Origin: a virus
IMG/VR virus record: IMGVR_UViG_3300042278_000030
Direction: 5' to 3' (one strand)
DNA length: 41,947 nt
Shown here: piece by piece, positions 40,202 through 41,947 of the stretch
Layout of the letters: every line of letters begins with the position of its first letter
How positions within the stretch are numbered: position 1 is the first letter of the stretch
Notes under the pieces: generated by a model
What the model was told of the DNA's origin: nothing
Database searches by the model: none
The model's input: only the letters and a program-made list of their open reading frames with translations
Made by a program: the position numbers and the translations under genes

Positions 40202-40356
40202 TTCGCGCCCCCATTCCGTGCCAGCCACTTCTCCGCACCTTTGCGGGTTTTGAAGTCTTTGGACTTGGTGAAAGTCATGGCGGTGAAGGTGCCGTTGCCG
40301 TTATCGAAAATGCCTTTGCTGATCTGCTCGTTGTTGCCGAGGTTGATTGTTTTCAT
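40198..40356 (-). CDS. 52-aa hypothetical protein, first gene of the leftward early operon
   Basis: Not in the ORF track. GGAGcaacaaccATG. Sequence MKTINLGNNEQISKGIFDNGNGTFTAMTFTKSKDFKTRKGAEKWLARNGGAK. Confidence 0.55.
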   Translation of the reverse strand: MKTINLGNNEQISKGIFDNGNGTFTAMTFTKSKDFKTRKGAEKWLARNGGAK

Positions 40357-40392
40357 GGTTGTTGCTCCGTTGCCGTTGTCTTGATGATTCTA

Positions 40393-40420
40393 ATTATACA
40401 CACATACACACCTTGCGCAA
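40393..40420 (-). promoter_or_regulatory. Leftward early promoter
   Basis: Minus strand TTGCGC - 16 nt - TATAAT, about 35 nt upstream of the ATG at 40356. Confidence 0.6.
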
Positions 40421-40433
40421 GAAAGGCAGGGCT

Positions 40434-40453
40434 AGTTTTGTAAAGTTTTGTAA
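40434..40453. repeat. Perfect tandem 10-mer AGTTTTGTAA x2 just upstream of the leftward -35
   Basis: Read directly from the sequence: ctAGTTTTGTAAAGTTTTGTAAcagg. Confidence 0.9.
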
Positions 40454-40462
40454 CAGGAGAGA

Positions 40463-40703
40463 ACGGGTAGTAACGGTTAGTATTTTACTTGCTAAGCCTT
40501 TTCTTCTTTTAACTTATTGTTTTTTATATATATTTTAGAAGGGTTAGTACGGATAGACGGTTAGTTAAAGACAATGGAAATCCGAAACCCTAAATTGTTT
40601 CTTTAGAGTCCTGCTATCCGTACTAACCGTTTTTAAGTGATTGATTCTGAAAGGATTAACGCTTAGCAAGATTCGACTAACCGTTGACTAAGCCACTAAG
40701 CGT
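40463..40703. repeat. Iteron cluster flanking an AT-rich tract: putative replication origin / regulatory region
   Basis: ACGGTTAGT at 40473-81 and 40557-65. Its complement ACTAACCGT at 40622-30 and 40676-84. Degenerate copies at 40463, 40540, 40549, 40614 and 40695. A 15-bp inverted repeat GGTTAGTACGGATAG (40542-56) / CTATCCGTACTAACC (40614-28). AT-rich ttttcttcttttaacttattgttttttatatatatttt at about 40499-40538. Confidence 0.55.
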
Positions 40704-40770
40704 TAAGGGCTAAATCCATGAAAACGAGGCGTTTTCGGTGCTCAAGCTTCATGTATAACCCCGCTGTGGC

Positions 40771-40800
40771 TTGCCGTCAACCCAGCCCGTGGTCTATAGT
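40771..40800 (+). promoter_or_regulatory. Rightward early promoter
   Basis: TTGCCG - 18 nt - TATAGT, then AGGAG (40826-30) and the ATG at 40840. Confidence 0.5.
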
Positions 40801-40839
40801 TCGCTGTACCTTTACGACAATCAACAGGAGTAAAACGCT

Positions 40840-41013
40840 ATGATGACCATTGAAGAAATCCGCAAGCAACTGCAAGACCTGCGCCCCGTCAGGGTTTCCG
40901 AGGCTACTGGCCTGCACACCAACACCGTTCGGGATATTCGCGACAACCCACAAGCCAATCCAACCTACCGTGCCCTCAAAGCGCTGTCTGACTACCTGGA
41001 GTCCCGCCAATGA
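40840..41013 (+). CDS. 57-aa HTH DNA-binding protein (Cro-like)
   Basis: Not in the ORF track. VSEATGLHTNTVRDIRDN is an HTH segment. SD AGGAGtaaaacgctATG. Confidence 0.7.
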   Translation: MMTIEEIRKQLQDLRPVRVSEATGLHTNTVRDIRDNPQANPTYRALKALSDYLESRQ

Positions 41014-41947
41014 TGTATCGGGATTTTCTAGAGGCCGATATCAGGGTAATCGCCCTTTGGCCTATACGCGGTGGCGAATGCGCGTGCGGCGATCCGCTGT
41101 GCGCCATGGCCGGCAAACATCCCCTAGCCTCAAACTGGCAGCACTCCCCGCTATGGTCTGATGACCAGCTGGAAGTCATGGAAGAAATGGACCAGTTCGA
41201 GACCGGCTACGGCGTACTGGCGGACGGCTTGCTGGTGGTTGATGTGGATGAGCGTAACGGCGGAGCGGAATCTTACGCCAAGTTGATAGAGGAGATCCCG
41301 CAAGTCGCAAGCGCCGGGCTAATCGTGAGAACTGGGAGCGGCGGCGAGTCGAAACACCTTTACTTCCGGATGCCGGAGCCCGCCGCGCTGGTGCAGTCGC
41401 TGCCGCAATACCCAGGCATTGACTTTAAGTCCACCGGCTATGTGGTAGGTCCAGGCAGTTTACACGCAAGCGGGAACCGATATGAGGTTCTGGTTGGCGA
41501 GCCTTCGGAGATCGAGGCCGCGCCGGAAGCCTTGGTAAACCTGCTTAAAAAGCCGGAGCGTCACCGCGCCAACGTTAACGGCAATCCAGTGGATTATACG
41601 CTGGAGGACCTGCGGAGCATGGTAGAGGCCATACCAAACGACGAAAGTACGGGATATGAAAAATATATCCGCGTCGGCATGGGGCTACACCAAGCCACCG
41701 GTGGACTACCAGAGGCGTTTGATATTTGGTTGGAGTGGGCGCGGAAGTCGCCACGCCATAGCAAAAACGGCCGCAGCCGCATCGAAAACCGCTGGCACAG
41801 CTTCGGGAAGTGCGCCGACCCGGTGACGCTTGGCACGCTGGTGCACTACGCAGAAGAGGCGGGATGGATTGCGCCGGTGGCGTTTACCAGCGACGTCCAT
41901 TTTGAGCTGCCGGAAGAGTCGCCAAGCCTGGAGGATGAAAGCGTAGA
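41010..41947 (+). CDS. Bifunctional primase-polymerase (Prim-Pol/AEP) N-terminal part; continues at 128..1466
   Basis: No stop to the window end, so it is absent from the ORF track. ATG 41010 overlaps the upstream stop. Motifs GLLVVDVDERNGG, GSGGESKHLYF and IDFKSTGYVVGPGSLHASGNRYE, then a PriCT-like region. Confidence 0.9.
   Translation, partial: MMYRDFLEADIRVIALWPIRGGECACGDPLCAMAGKHPLASNWQHSPLWSDDQLEVMEEMDQFETGYGVLADGLLVVDVDERNGGAESYAKLIEEIPQVASAGLIVRTGSGGESKHLYFRMPEPAALVQSLPQYPGIDFKSTGYVVGPGSLHASGNRYEVLVGEPSEIEAAPEALVNLLKKPERHRANVNGNPVDYTLEDLRSMVEAIPNDESTGYEKYIRVGMGLHQATGGLPEAFDIWLEWARKSPRHSKNGRSRIENRWHSFGKCADPVTLGTLVHYAEEAGWIAPVAFTSDVHFELPEESPSLEDESV
41821..41947. repeat. Exact 127-bp terminal duplication, copy 2
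   Basis: Identical to 1-127. Confidence 0.97.

Noticed and set aside
40463-40703. Could the short repeats be a CRISPR array?
   Set aside because: The repeat units are only 9-10 bp, occur in both orientations with irregular spacing, and have no spacer-sized (about 30 bp) unique intervals. An iteron or operator interpretation fits better.
40840-41013. Lysogeny module (repressor/integrase) around the divergent early promoters
   Set aside because: Only very small HTH/RHH proteins (57-87 aa) are present. No integrase, excisionase, CI-sized repressor with a peptidase domain or attP-like feature was recognisable anywhere.

Overview
The window is a complete phage genome. The first 127 nt recur exactly at the end (1-127 = 41821-41947), so the unique circular length is 41,820 bp, and one gene (primase-polymerase) reads across the junction.

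Gene content indicates a siphovirus of a Gram-negative host: overlapping Rz/Rz1-type spanins, Shine-Dalgarno (SD) RBSs and sigma70-like promoters. I saw no integrase or CI-sized repressor, so it looks virulent. I cannot assign a species.

There are four transcription blocks:
- (A) + strand, 40840 through the junction to 6989: HTH, prim-pol/helicase-like protein, Sak4-like ATPase, DUF669 SSB, YqaJ exonuclease, HNH-Tudor fusion, SF2 helicase, VRR-NUC.
- (B) - strand, 12185 to 6986: HTH, DUF3310-like protein, SNF2 helicase, SPPF-type DNA methyltransferase, DnaN-like beta clamp, then six translationally coupled miniproteins.
- (C) + strand, 12335 to 15279: accessory genes of unknown function.
- (D) - strand, 40356 to 15286: about 12 small early genes, then terS, terL, portal, scaffold, capsid and head-tail genes. 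These are followed by a free-standing HNH, tail tube, G/GT chaperone, tape measure, lambda M/L/K/J-like tip genes and a beta-helix tailspike. The block ends with the lysis cassette, an HTH-metallophosphoesterase and an S21-like holin.

No dedicated DNA polymerase, tRNA, CRISPR array or reverse transcriptase was recognised.

The most unusual items are:
- a 70-aa stand-alone release-factor GGQ domain whose GGQ reads GMQ (39152-39364);
- an HNH nuclease fused to a UvrD/PcrA-type Tudor domain (3781-4566);
- an HTH-fused metallophosphoesterase paired with a second, distal holin (15286-16815);
- an iteron plus AT-rich putative origin (40434-40703);
- a 328-bp structured non-coding region upstream of terS;
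- recurring terminator-promoter cassettes with a TATACT -10.

All family assignments come from motif recognition by eye, not from searches.
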